DNA from: Pseudomonadota bacterium
GTDB lineage: Bacteria; Pseudomonadota; Gammaproteobacteria; JAKAQQ01
Direction of reading: 5' to 3'
Length of the DNA: 64,000 bases
Assembly: GCA_027320085.1 (NCBI GenBank)
Contig: DAHVLZ010000011.1
Location: 1-64,000 of the forward strand
A model generated the notes under the pieces. That model searched no databases, was not told where the DNA came from, and saw nothing but the letters and a program-made list of their open reading frames with translations. Below, one piece after another: positions 51,530-60,922 of the stretch (its first letter is position 1; each line of letters opens with the position of its first letter). Both the position numbers and the translations under genes were made by a program.

Positions 51530-53068
51530 TTACCAGCCGGCCGCGCATCCATCGGCGCGGGAATCGGATCCGGCCACAAAACCACCCTCCGCCGTCCGCA
51601 GGATCACCTGGGCGCGTCCAAAGCCATCGGTCGATTCCGAACGAACGACTGCGTGTCCGTGCCGGGCCAATTCGTCCACAGCCGCCTCCGGGAAGTCGGG
51701 TTCGACTGCGACCCGCACGCCGCCGTCCCACCGCCATCGCGGCCGGTCGACGGCCGCCTGGGGCAGGTCACCGTGGTCGACCAGCCGCTGGACCAGCTGG
51801 AGATGCCCCTGGGGCTGCATGAAGCCGCCCATGACCCCGAAGGGCCCCCAGGGTTGCCCCTCCCGCATGAGAAACCCGGGCATGAGGGTGTGGTAGCTCC
51901 TCCGGCCGCCTCCGGCCCGGTTGGGATGCCCCTCCTTCCGGCTGAAGCAAAGTGCCCGGTTGGATAACGCGATCCCGGTTCCCGGAACCACGATTCCGGA
52001 TCCGAAACCCATGTAGTTGGACTGGATGAAACTCACCATGAAACCCGACCGGTCCGCCGTCGCGAGAAAGACCGTTCCGCCCAGGTAGGGTGCCTCCGGC
52101 ACGAAGGGATGCGCGCTGTCCCGGATTGCGGCCGCCTGCTCCCGGAGGTGTTCAGGGTCAAGGAGCGCCGTGATGGCCGGGCTGTCCCCGGGATCGCCGA
52201 TCCGGGCCAAGGCTTCGGCAAAGGAGCGCTTGATGGCCTCGATACTCTCGTGCATCACCTCACCGGGATCCGCGGGCACCCTCATGGACAGGATCCCCAA
52301 AGCCTCGAGAGCCACGATGCCCTGGCTGTTCGGAGGCAGTTCATAGACCTCACAACCGTGGTAAGGGACCGACAGGGGATCCACCCAGAGACTGCGATGG
52401 GCGGCCAGATCCGAGGCCCGGAGCGCACCGCCCGCCCCCTGTGCGGCCCGGTCGATGGCCGCGGCGATCGTTCCCGTGTAGAAATCCTCCCCCCGGCTCT
52501 CCGCAATCCGCTCGAGGGTTGAAGCCAGCTCGGGAGAACGCCAGAGGGCACCCGCGCGCGGCACGAAGCCGGCCGGGAGGAAGGTGCGCTGCCAGTCCGC
52601 GAAGGCCGGATCCCGGAAACGTTCGGCCGCCTTGCGCCAGAATCGGGCCACCACGGGAGAAAGTGGAAAACCGTCCCGGGCGTACGCGATGGCCGGTGCG
52701 AACAGTTGCCGGAAAGGCAGGCGTCCCATGCGTTCGTGGAGATCGGCCCAGGCCCGCGGGGCACCCGGCACCATGACGGGTGCCCAGCCGCTTTCCGGCC
52801 ACGGCGAGCCCAGTCCCGGCAGCAACGACGCTTCGGGCAGTGCGCCCGATCCGTTCAATCCCCAAAGCCGCCCCCCCTGGGAGACCAGGGCGAAGGCATC
52901 GGAGCCCAGGCCGTTACTGGTGGGTTCGACCACCGTGAGGGTGATCGCGGCAGCCAGGGCGGCATCCACGGCATTGCCGCCCTCGCGGAGCATGAAAAGA
53001 CCCGCTTGTGCGGCCAAGGGCTGGGACGTGGCGACAAGGCCGCGATCCGCATGGACGCTCGAGCGCAT
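51530..53068 (-). CDS. Gamma-glutamyltransferase family protein (cytoplasmic, YwrD-like)
   Basis: ATSQPLAA, EPTSNGLGSD, GGTVFL nucleophile Thr, GVMGGFMQPQG, DSRADG. Confidence 0.92.
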   Translation of the reverse strand: MRSSVHADRGLVATSQPLAAQAGLFMLREGGNAVDAALAAAITLTVVEPTSNGLGSDAFALVSQGGRLWGLNGSGALPEASLLPGLGSPWPESGWAPVMVPGAPRAWADLHERMGRLPFRQLFAPAIAYARDGFPLSPVVARFWRKAAERFRDPAFADWQRTFLPAGFVPRAGALWRSPELASTLERIAESRGEDFYTGTIAAAIDRAAQGAGGALRASDLAAHRSLWVDPLSVPYHGCEVYELPPNSQGIVALEALGILSMRVPADPGEVMHESIEAIKRSFAEALARIGDPGDSPAITALLDPEHLREQAAAIRDSAHPFVPEAPYLGGTVFLATADRSGFMVSFIQSNYMGFGSGIVVPGTGIALSNRALCFSRKEGHPNRAGGGRRSYHTLMPGFLMREGQPWGPFGVMGGFMQPQGHLQLVQRLVDHGDLPQAAVDRPRWRWDGGVRVAVEPDFPEAAVDELARHGHAVVRSESTDGFGRAQVILRTAEGGFVAGSDSRADGCAAGW

Positions 53069-53076
53069 GGGATCCC

Positions 53077-54564
53077 TCAGCCGTCCGCCGGCGGGGCGGA
53101 TGCAGGCCGTGGCCGTCCGAGGGTCACTCCCCGCATCCAGACGGCGCCGGTCACGAGCAGAAGGACCCCGACGTTCAGGGCGAATGCCAGAAGACCGACG
53201 TTGACATCGGCGACGGGCTCGGGGAGGATGCCGCGCTCCCAGCGAACCGGGGCACCGCCGAAAGAAAACAGGGTGAGGGCAACGACGCCCACCGTCCCGC
53301 CCGCCCAGACTGCGCTCCGGGGAACCGGGTTATGGGGCAGGAGGCTGGCCCACAGGGCGGGGGCGAGCTGGGTCACATAGCCGTAGCCGAGGAGCAAAAG
53401 CAGCACGATGCCCTGCCCGCTCAAGCGTTCAAACAGAATGGCGGCGGCCGCGATGAGGGGAACGAGTGCACGGGCCAGAAGGTTGAGCCGCTCCTCGTTC
53501 CACCGGGGCAGACAGGGACCGGCCACATTGCGTGCGAACTGGGTGGCAATCGCGAGCAAGAGCATGGAGCCCGGGACCAGTGCCGAAAGCAACCCGGCCC
53601 CGCCAATCAGGCCAAGCATCCAGCCGGGCAGCGTGTGGGCCGCGGCGGCCAAGAGGGCGAGATCATGGTTGGGAAGCCCCGGCAGAATCACGAGCGCCGC
53701 AAAACCGGCCAACAGGGCAAACAACAGGACGAGCTGGTAGAGCGGCAGGAAGATCGCGTTCTTGCGGAACAGGTCCTCATCCCGGGCGGCATAGATCGAG
53801 CCGAAGGTATGGGGCCAGAGGTAAAAGCCCAGAACCGAAAGCAGAACCGTCGAACTGAACCAGACCGGGTTTTTGCCGGTGGCGGGCAGTTTGAGGAAAC
53901 CGGGGTGCTGGCGGGCAATCGTGCGGAACAGGGGTCCGATGCCACCGCTCGCGTGAATGGGGAGGAAGAGCCCGAGGAAGATCACGGCAGCGAGCAGGAC
54001 CAGATCCTTGATGGCCGCCGTCCAGGCTGCGGCCCGGATACCCGAGGCCATCACATAGACGGTGAGCGCGAGCGTGCCGAGCAGGACGGCCACGAAGGAT
54101 CCGACCTTCCCGGCCGTTGTCACTTGCACGATGAGACCGAGACCCTCGAGCTGGAGGGCCAGGTAGGGGAACATGGCGAGAATGCCCACGAGGGCCACCC
54201 CGAAGCCGAGCGTCCGGCTGTCGTACTTGGCCACGAAGAAATCGGTCTGGGAATAGAGCTTGCGGGTTCTCGCAAAACGCCAGATGGGCGGCAGCAGCCA
54301 ATAGCCGAGTCCGTAGGCCAAAGCCCCGTAGGCGACAATGTAATAGGACGGGCCGCCCAAGCCGTAGGCCCAACCGCTTGCGCCGAGAAAGGTGAAGGTG
54401 GTGTAGATCTCTCCCGCGAGGAGAAAGAAGATCAGAAACCCGCCGAAACCGCGACGGCCGACCGTCCATTGCTCGAGGTTCATGACGCGGCCGCGGCGGG
54501 CCGCAAGACCGAGGCCCAGAACCCCGAGCCAAACGGCTGCCAGGATGACGACGGCCGCGTTCAC
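53077..54564 (-). CDS. Sodium:solute symporter family transporter (YhjB-like)
   Basis: Many transmembrane segments; GEIYTTFTFLGASGWAY; GIRAAAWTAAIKD. Confidence 0.9.
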   Translation of the reverse strand: MNAAVVILAAVWLGVLGLGLAARRGRVMNLEQWTVGRRGFGGFLIFFLLAGEIYTTFTFLGASGWAYGLGGPSYYIVAYGALAYGLGYWLLPPIWRFARTRKLYSQTDFFVAKYDSRTLGFGVALVGILAMFPYLALQLEGLGLIVQVTTAGKVGSFVAVLLGTLALTVYVMASGIRAAAWTAAIKDLVLLAAVIFLGLFLPIHASGGIGPLFRTIARQHPGFLKLPATGKNPVWFSSTVLLSVLGFYLWPHTFGSIYAARDEDLFRKNAIFLPLYQLVLLFALLAGFAALVILPGLPNHDLALLAAAAHTLPGWMLGLIGGAGLLSALVPGSMLLLAIATQFARNVAGPCLPRWNEERLNLLARALVPLIAAAAILFERLSGQGIVLLLLLGYGYVTQLAPALWASLLPHNPVPRSAVWAGGTVGVVALTLFSFGGAPVRWERGILPEPVADVNVGLLAFALNVGVLLLVTGAVWMRGVTLGRPRPASAPPADG

Positions 54565-54785
54565 CGGGGCGCGTGTCCGCCCCGTTCAATCCAGTAGACG
54601 AGCCCCATGAATCCGGAGGCGAGAGTCGTCCAGAGCAGAACCCAGAAAAGCAGGAAAGGCAGATCCAGGACCCAGGGGTGGACCCGGTTCAGGAAGAAAG
54701 GACCGCCGAGCAGGGCTGCCGGAGCGGGTAACGAGAGGACGAGGGCGATGATCCGCCGCCAGCGAAGCCGGTGGTGGATTTTCAG
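54561..54785 (-). CDS. DUF3311 (YhjC-like) small membrane protein, probable CTG start
   Basis: Manual translation: (M)KIHHRLRWRRIIALVLSLPAPAALLGGPFFLNRVHPWVLDLPFLLFWVLLWTTLASGFMGLVYWIERGGHAPR. GAGGAGG RBS; overlaps both neighbours by 4 nt. Confidence 0.8.
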   Translation of the reverse strand: MKIHHRLRWRRIIALVLSLPAPAALLGGPFFLNRVHPWVLDLPFLLFWVLLWTTLASGFMGLVYWIERGGHAPR

Positions 54786-55996
54786 AAACCCTCCTCGAGC
54801 AGGTGTCTTCCCGCGGTCAGGAACATCTCGACACCGTTGACGAGTGCGCTTTCGTCGATCGTGAAACGGGCGTGATGGTGGGGATAGACGGTTTCCGCGC
54901 CCGGCTGACCGGCCCCAACATAAAAGAAGGCACCCGGGGCCTTTTCCTGGAAGGCGGAAAAGTCCTCCCCGCCCATGTTCCGTTGGTCGAAATCGACCGC
55001 CCCTTCACCGAAGAGGGCTGTGGCCGACGCCTCGACCACCCGGTTCACGCCCTCATGATTGACGACGGGCCGGTAGCCCCGGTCGTAGCGAAACTCGTAG
55101 CTCGCCCGGTGGGCGGCCGCAAGTCCCGCCAGGATGGCTTCCATCCGTTCCGGGATGCGCTTGCGCAGCTCGGCATTGAAGGTCCGGACCGTCCCGTTCA
55201 GTTCGACGGTGCCCGGCAGGACATTGTGTGCGGTCCCGGCATGGAACTGCGTCACGGAGACCACGAGACTGTCCAGAGGATCCGTCTCGCGCGAGACCAG
55301 CATCTGGAAGTTCTGAACCACCTGGCTCGCCAGCACGATCACGTCGACCGAGGACTGCGGGCGGGCCGCGTGCCCGCCCCGGCCGGTGAGCCGGATATGG
55401 AAAACGTCGGGTGCCGCCATCATGGGACCGTAGGTCACGGCGATCCGGCCGGCCGGAACGTGTGCCCAGAGGTGGGTGCCGATCACGGCATCGACGCCAT
55501 CCATGACCCCCGCCCCGACCATCTCCTCCCCGCCACCCGGGAACAGTTCCTCGGCATGCTGGAACAGGAAACGGATCTCGCCCGGCCATTCCTTGCGGAG
55601 TTCTCCGAACGACCGGGCCGCGGCGAGCAGCATCGCCGTATGGCCATCGTGTCCGCAGGCATGCATCGCCCCCGGCCGCGCCGACCGGAAGGGAACCTCG
55701 TTTTCCTCGGTGATCGGCAGGGCATCCATGTCGGCCCGGATCGCGAGGATGCGACCCGAGCGCGCACCCTTGAGCACACCCACCACGCTCGTGCCCGCCG
55801 GATGACTGATGTCCATACCGGGAATCTCGGACAGGCGTTCGGTCACGAAACGGGAGGTTTCATGCTCCTCAAAAGAAAGCTCGGGATGCTGGTGGAGATG
55901 GCGACGCCAGCGGATGAGATCGGGCTCCAGGGCCCGGGCCTGCTTGCGGGCGGATTCATGGATTCGAACGGACGGCAGTTCGGCGGGATGTCGCAT
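54782..55996 (-). CDS. M20D family amidohydrolase
   Basis: RRHLHQHPELSFEE, RADMDALP, MHACGHDGH, AEE, GGEDF, PHH. Confidence 0.93.
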   Translation of the reverse strand: MRHPAELPSVRIHESARKQARALEPDLIRWRRHLHQHPELSFEEHETSRFVTERLSEIPGMDISHPAGTSVVGVLKGARSGRILAIRADMDALPITEENEVPFRSARPGAMHACGHDGHTAMLLAAARSFGELRKEWPGEIRFLFQHAEELFPGGGEEMVGAGVMDGVDAVIGTHLWAHVPAGRIAVTYGPMMAAPDVFHIRLTGRGGHAARPQSSVDVIVLASQVVQNFQMLVSRETDPLDSLVVSVTQFHAGTAHNVLPGTVELNGTVRTFNAELRKRIPERMEAILAGLAAAHRASYEFRYDRGYRPVVNHEGVNRVVEASATALFGEGAVDFDQRNMGGEDFSAFQEKAPGAFFYVGAGQPGAETVYPHHHARFTIDESALVNGVEMFLTAGRHLLEEGF

Positions 55997-56041
55997 TGCA
56001 TCTCTCTCCCTGTTTGTAGAAGAAAACGGACGGCCCGGCCC

Positions 56042-56070
56042 AAGCTGGCACACTTTGCCGGGGCTGTCAA
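56042..56070 (-). promoter_or_regulatory. Sigma70-type promoter of the amidohydrolase operon
   Basis: TTGACA-N17-CAGCTT on the minus strand. Confidence 0.45.
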
Positions 56071-56201
56071 GCCGGGCGGATCGGGTTCGGCGCGATCCAA
56101 ACTGATGGGGTGTGCGCCCGTTGCATCCCCCATTAACCCAAAGAGCCAACTCGTGGCACCAGGGCATCTAAGCGATGATGAATTGATCCTGCATCATGCG
56201 G

Positions 56202-56586
56202 TCAAATGCCCACTCCCCGGTACGGGATCGGATGGTATCCGTGCCCTTGTGGCGAGTGCAGGAGGTAGTCCATCTCTCCAGGCTGTCCGCCGACGTGCCG
56301 CTCGATCAGGCGGCGACCCCAAAAGTCGGGGCCGGCGTCGCGCAGCGCTCCGAACACGCCTTTGAGGTTTGTGGTTTCAAAGGTCCCACGGCCGAGCCTG
56401 AGCTCGACCAGATCGATATCGACGGCGTCCGCGCGTTTCAGATAGCTCTGACCGAAGGTGAAACGGCCAAGAGGCGTGCCCCGGTGATCGACAGTCAGGA
56501 CGAACCGACCGGCCGTAACCGGGGATGTCTCCCCCGGCAGGGTGATAATGGACGAAGCATTCATTATTCGATGCCTTAGAAATCAT
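56202..56586 (-). pseudogene. HipA-family toxin, frameshifted and truncated (N-terminal region only)
   Basis: MISKASNNECFVH and ITLPGETSPVTAGRF lie in different frames; FGALRDAGPDFWGRRLIE...DYLLHSP then similarity ends; no kinase domain. Confidence 0.8.
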
Positions 56587-56916
56587 CGCTCAACTTGGCT
56601 GGCTTGCGCGCCCGCTTCCGCTCTTTGAGCCGTGCAAGCACCAAGCCTCTCTCGTCCCGAATGGGATCGGCAACCTCGTCAAGCTGTCCGATCAGGTCGT
56701 AGGCCCATAGAAGCGCGGTGTAGATGGCGATACCGGTGGAGGGCTGCCCCCTTTCGGCATCCCGGACCGCGCGGACCCCGGTGCCGATCTTCTCGGCGAC
56801 CTCCGCCAAGGTCAGATTCCGCCGTATCCGGGCCGTGCGCAGATCGGCGCCCAGTCGCTTCAACGCGACTTCGACGGCATGGGGGGGGCGGCGAGAAGAG
56901 GGTTGCGTTTAACCAT
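56576..56916 (-). pseudogene. XRE-family HTH antitoxin (HipB-like) with a frameshift at a C8 tract
   Basis: LRTARIRRNLTLAEVAEKIG HTH; the ATG at 56916 is out of frame by one base across 56881-56888. A shorter TTG-start ORF (56863) remains. Confidence 0.7.
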
Positions 56917-56920
56917 AGTC

Positions 56921-57040
56921 TATTTAGGGCATTTTATCTAAGTTAACCTGCCATGAAAAGCATATATACACAACCAGGCATTTTCAACTTAAATGCTTTA
57001 AAAAGAATATAAATGCCTTATAGATGCCTTAAAAGCACTC
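56921..57040. promoter_or_regulatory. AT-rich toxin-antitoxin promoter region with repeated GGCAT/ATGCC operator-like motifs
   Basis: GGCATTTT at 56928 and 56977; AAATGCTT at 56991; AAATGCCT at 57011; AGATGCCT at 57022. Confidence 0.55.
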
Positions 57041-57107
57041 TCAATTTCGTCCAGGACCGATCTTCGCTCTGGTCTCGGAGCCTGGTGGCCTCCCCCGCTC
57101 CCCGATC

Positions 57108-58397
57108 TCAGCCGGCGGATCCACCCTCCGTCGAATCCGTGGGCAGAGAGGGAACCTGGGGCGCGCTATCAACCGGTTCGGGTGTATCGAGGTTCGTCTC
57201 CGGCGAGGCCGCGCCGAGATCCTCGAAACGTCGAAGCGTCACCAGGAAACGGCGTTCGAGCGAGGCGACCGAATCATTATAAATTCGGACAAGCCGGCCG
57301 AGCCCCTCCCCCACTCCCCGCCAGTGCTTGACCAAAAGCGAGGCACGGGCATGAAGCGTCCGGGCGAGGTCGGCCACCTCCTCGGCATGCCGGCTCAGGG
57401 CCTCCTGGCGCCAGCCGTAGGCCATGACCTTGAGCAGCGCAAGCAGGGTCGTCGGATTGGCGAGGACCACTTTGCGCTCGAAGGCATATTCGATGAGCCC
57501 GGGTTCGGCCCGCAGGGCCGCGCTGAACAGCATTTCTCCCGGCAGAAACAGCACCACAAACTCGGGCGCCGGCTGGAAATGCTGCCAATAGGATTTGGCG
57601 GCCAGATCATCAATATGGGCGCGGATCTGGCGTGCATGGTCACGCAGGGCGCGCTCGGCCGCCTCCCCCGTGCTGTTCTGGAACTCGAAATAAGCCTCGA
57701 TCGGGGCCTTGGCATCGACCACCACCCGTTGACCGCCGGGCAGGCGGACGATGAGGTCCGGCCGGAGACGTCCCTCCTCGGTGGTCGTGCTCGGCTGTTC
57801 GACGAAATCGCAGTACTCGACCATGCCGGCCATCTCGATGATGTTGCGCAGCTGCATCTCCCCCCAATGACCACGGGCCATCGGCTGGTGGAGCACCCGG
57901 GACAACTCGCGGGTTTCGTTCGCGAGCTGGGGCAGCTGGATCTCGGACAACGAGCGTAACTGCTCGAGGAGCGTCGCCTGGCTCTCGATCCGTGCCTGCT
58001 CGAAACGGTCGACCTTGGTCTCGAAACGGCCCAGGGATTCGGTGAGCGGCTTGACCCACGACTGGATGGCCTCGGCTCGCTGGGTGAAACCGGTCTCCTG
58101 TGCCTTCTGGTACTGGTCGAAGACCCCCCGGGCCAGTTCAAGAAACTTCCGGTTGCTCTGCTCCAGGGCTTCGGCCGAATGCGTCCGGAAGACCTCGGTC
58201 AGGTGACGCTCCGCCTCGCGGAGCAGGGACTCCTTTTCGGCCGCCTGTCGTTGCAACTGCTGGGCCCGTTCCTCGAGTGTGGCGACTTCACGGTTGAGGT
58301 GGACCTCGCTCTCCCGGGCACGGATCCGGGCCACAAGCCATCCCCCGGCCAGCCCCAGGGCGAGGCCGAGGATTCCCGTCACCAGTGCCCCTGTCAT
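57108..58397 (-). CDS. rmuC: DNA recombination protein RmuC
   Basis: N-terminal TM, coiled coil, RGHWGEMQL, RPDLIVRLPG, VDAK, FVVLFLPGE. Confidence 0.94.
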   Translation of the reverse strand: MTGALVTGILGLALGLAGGWLVARIRARESEVHLNREVATLEERAQQLQRQAAEKESLLREAERHLTEVFRTHSAEALEQSNRKFLELARGVFDQYQKAQETGFTQRAEAIQSWVKPLTESLGRFETKVDRFEQARIESQATLLEQLRSLSEIQLPQLANETRELSRVLHQPMARGHWGEMQLRNIIEMAGMVEYCDFVEQPSTTTEEGRLRPDLIVRLPGGQRVVVDAKAPIEAYFEFQNSTGEAAERALRDHARQIRAHIDDLAAKSYWQHFQPAPEFVVLFLPGEMLFSAALRAEPGLIEYAFERKVVLANPTTLLALLKVMAYGWRQEALSRHAEEVADLARTLHARASLLVKHWRGVGEGLGRLVRIYNDSVASLERRFLVTLRRFEDLGAASPETNLDTPEPVDSAPQVPSLPTDSTEGGSAG

Positions 58398-58481
58398 GAT
58401 CCGCCTCCCCGTCGACCCGGACGGAACTCGCCGGGGTTCAACCGTGTATACTAGCGCCCCGCGCGTTCCCCCGGTGCCCCC

Positions 58482-60308
58482 GTGTCCCTGTCCCTGCGCA
58501 ATGTCGCCATTGTCGCCCATGTGGACCATGGCAAAACCACGCTCGTCGACCAGCTCCTCCGGCAATCCGAAACCCTGGCCGCGCGGGCGGTTCTGCCGGA
58601 CCGCGCCATGGATTCAAACGAACTCGAACGGGAGCGAGGAATCACGATTCTCGCCAAAAACACCGCCATCCGCTGGCATGGCCACCGCATCAATATCGTG
58701 GATACCCCAGGCCATGCCGATTTCGGGGGCGAGGTCGAGCGGGCGCTCGCCATGGTGGACTCGGTCCTGCTCTTGGTCGATGCGCTGGACGGGCCCATGC
58801 CCCAAACCCGCTTCGTCACCCAGAAAGCCCTGGCCCGCGGTCTGCACCCGATCGTCGTCGTGAACAAGATGGACCGTCCCGGGGCCCGTGCGGAATGGGT
58901 GGTCAACCAGGTCTTCGACCTGTTCGATCGCCTGGGGGCCAGTGAAAGCCAGCTGGATTTCAAGGTGCTCTACACCTCGGCCTTGACCGGCTGGGCGGCC
59001 CGCACGCCGGATCGGCCCGGCACCGACCTCACGCCCCTATTTGAGACCCTGGTCGCGGATTGCCCTCCCCCGCCGGTCACCCTGGAAGGACCCTTCCAGC
59101 TCCAGATTGCGGCCCTCGATTATTCGAGCTACGTCGGGGCCATCGGGATCGGCCGGATCAACCGCGGGATCGTGCGCCGTGGCATGAATGTCATCCAGAT
59201 CGGTCGGGACGGCAACCGGAAACCGGGACGGATCATCCAGATCCTGGGTTTTCTCGGACTCGAGCGGATCGAGATCGAGAGCGCCGAGGCGGGCGACATC
59301 ATCGCCTTTGCCGGACTCGAGGAACCGCAAATCTCGGACACCATCACGGCCCCCGACCAGCCTGAGGCCCTGCCCGCGCTCACCATTGACGAACCGACGA
59401 TCAGCATGTCCTTCGAGGTCAATACCTCACCCTTCGCCGGCCAGGAGGGACGTTTCGTCACGAGCCGTGAACTCAGGGCCCGGCTTTTCCGGGAGATCCG
59501 CCACAACGTGGCGCTCCGCGTCCAGGAAACTCCGGATCCCGATCGCTTCGAGGTCTCGGGACGGGGCGAGCTCCACCTCGGCATCCTGATCGAGACCATG
59601 CGGCGGGAAGGTTACGAACTCGCGGTTTCCCGACCCCGTCCGCTCTTCCGCGAGGGACCCGCTGGCCGTGAGGAGCCCTACGAGACCCTGATCGTCGACA
59701 TTCCCGAAACGCATCAGGGCGTCGTCCTCGAGTCGCTGGGTCTCCGCGGGGGCGAAATCGCGGATCTCCTGCCGGACGGCCGCGGTCGCCTGCGATTGAG
59801 CTACCGGATCCCCTCACGGGGGCTGATCGGCTTCCAGACGGAGTTCCGCATGGCGACCGGAGGAACCGGCATTCTCCACCGGGTGTTCGAGGGTTACGGG
59901 CCGGAAAAGCCGCTCCGGGTCCAGCAACGGGCCAATGGGGCACTGATCTCGAACGGCACCGGCGAGGCGGTTCCCTTCGCCCTGTTCAACCTGCAGGAGC
60001 GGGGACGGCTCTTCGTGGGTCCCGGTGACCGGGTCTACACGGGCGAGATCGTGGGCCTGCACGCCCGTGAGAATGATCTCACCGTGAATCCTCTCAAGGC
60101 CAAGGCCCTGACCAACGTCCGGGCCGCCGGCCGCGACGAGAACGTGCTCCTCACCCCCCCCCTGCGGGTCACCCTGGAACGGGCGCTCGAGCTCATCAAG
60201 GACGACGAACTTGTGGAAGTCACGCCCGCGAGCATCCGCCTGCGCAAGCGCCTGCTCGAAGAGGGGGAACGGCGACGGGCCCAACGCACGGGGGAAGCTC
60301 AGGCCTGA
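58482..60308 (+). CDS. typA: Translational GTPase TypA/BipA
   Basis: [35 protein letters not shown]. Confidence 0.97.
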   Translation: MSLSLRNVAIVAHVDHGKTTLVDQLLRQSETLAARAVLPDRAMDSNELERERGITILAKNTAIRWHGHRINIVDTPGHADFGGEVERALAMVDSVLLLVDALDGPMPQTRFVTQKALARGLHPIVVVNKMDRPGARAEWVVNQVFDLFDRLGASESQLDFKVLYTSALTGWAARTPDRPGTDLTPLFETLVADCPPPPVTLEGPFQLQIAALDYSSYVGAIGIGRINRGIVRRGMNVIQIGRDGNRKPGRIIQILGFLGLERIEIESAEAGDIIAFAGLEEPQISDTITAPDQPEALPALTIDEPTISMSFEVNTSPFAGQEGRFVTSRELRARLFREIRHNVALRVQETPDPDRFEVSGRGELHLGILIETMRREGYELAVSRPRPLFREGPAGREEPYETLIVDIPETHQGVVLESLGLRGGEIADLLPDGRGRLRLSYRIPSRGLIGFQTEFRMATGGTGILHRVFEGYGPEKPLRVQQRANGALISNGTGEAVPFALFNLQERGRLFVGPGDRVYTGEIVGLHARENDLTVNPLKAKALTNVRAAGRDENVLLTPPLRVTLERALELIKDDELVEVTPASIRLRKRLLEEGERRRAQRTGEAQA

Positions 60309-60691
60309 TCTCCGAGCCGGGCCCGTCCGCCCTGGGGCCAGAGATAGAAAGCCGAAACGGCCAAGCCCACCCCGCTGGCCATCCAGACCGGGGGAAGGAG
60401 GATCCAGGCGCAAAGGACCGAACCGAGCTGCCAGGCGGCCTTGATCCCGAGCCGCCGTGACTCCCCGCCGCGGATCCGCTGCCAGGCCCAAAGTCCCGCC
60501 GTCACTCCGGAAAGGACGAGGGTGATCCCGATGAACAGGCTGGTATCTCCCGGGAGGGGGATCCCGTGGGAAACCGGTGGAGCCAGGAGAATGGCGGCAG
60601 AAAACCAGATCGCCCCCACCCCAAGCTCGGGCCATCTCGGCCGGTTCTTGCGCGCCGGACATCCTGCCGGAACGATTGTCGTCTGTGTCAT
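60299..60691 (-). CDS. Hypothetical small membrane protein
   Basis: About four hydrophobic segments; fills the gap convergent with typA; no family recognised. Confidence 0.5.
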   Translation of the reverse strand: MTQTTIVPAGCPARKNRPRWPELGVGAIWFSAAILLAPPVSHGIPLPGDTSLFIGITLVLSGVTAGLWAWQRIRGGESRRLGIKAAWQLGSVLCAWILLPPVWMASGVGLAVSAFYLWPQGGRARLGDQA

Positions 60692-60839
60692 GGCAGTCAC
60701 CCGCGAGAGGAACTGTGCCATTAAACCAAACGCGCATGACACGACCATGGCGGGGGAATGCGCAGTCGGAGACCCGCCGGATCCTGGTCCGGTTTCATCC
60801 GGCCACCCCCGGCCCTGACCTCTCACCCGTCCCCCGCAG

Positions 60840-60866
60840 AAAAAAAAGCCGGAGGAATCCTCCGGC
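60840..60866 (-). terminator. Rho-independent terminator of the TonB-dependent receptor
   Basis: GCCGGAGG-N3-CCTCCGGC followed by T8 on the minus strand. Confidence 0.85.
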
Positions 60867-60922
60867 CAGGTGGGCCGATTTCTCGGCCCCAGCGAAACAC
60901 CCTCTTGAGGAGGGCTGCGGAC

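Noticed and set aside
56046-56058. TGGCACACTTTGC as a sigma54 promoter
   Set aside because: GG-to-GC spacing is 8 rather than 10 nt, and it points away from the operon.
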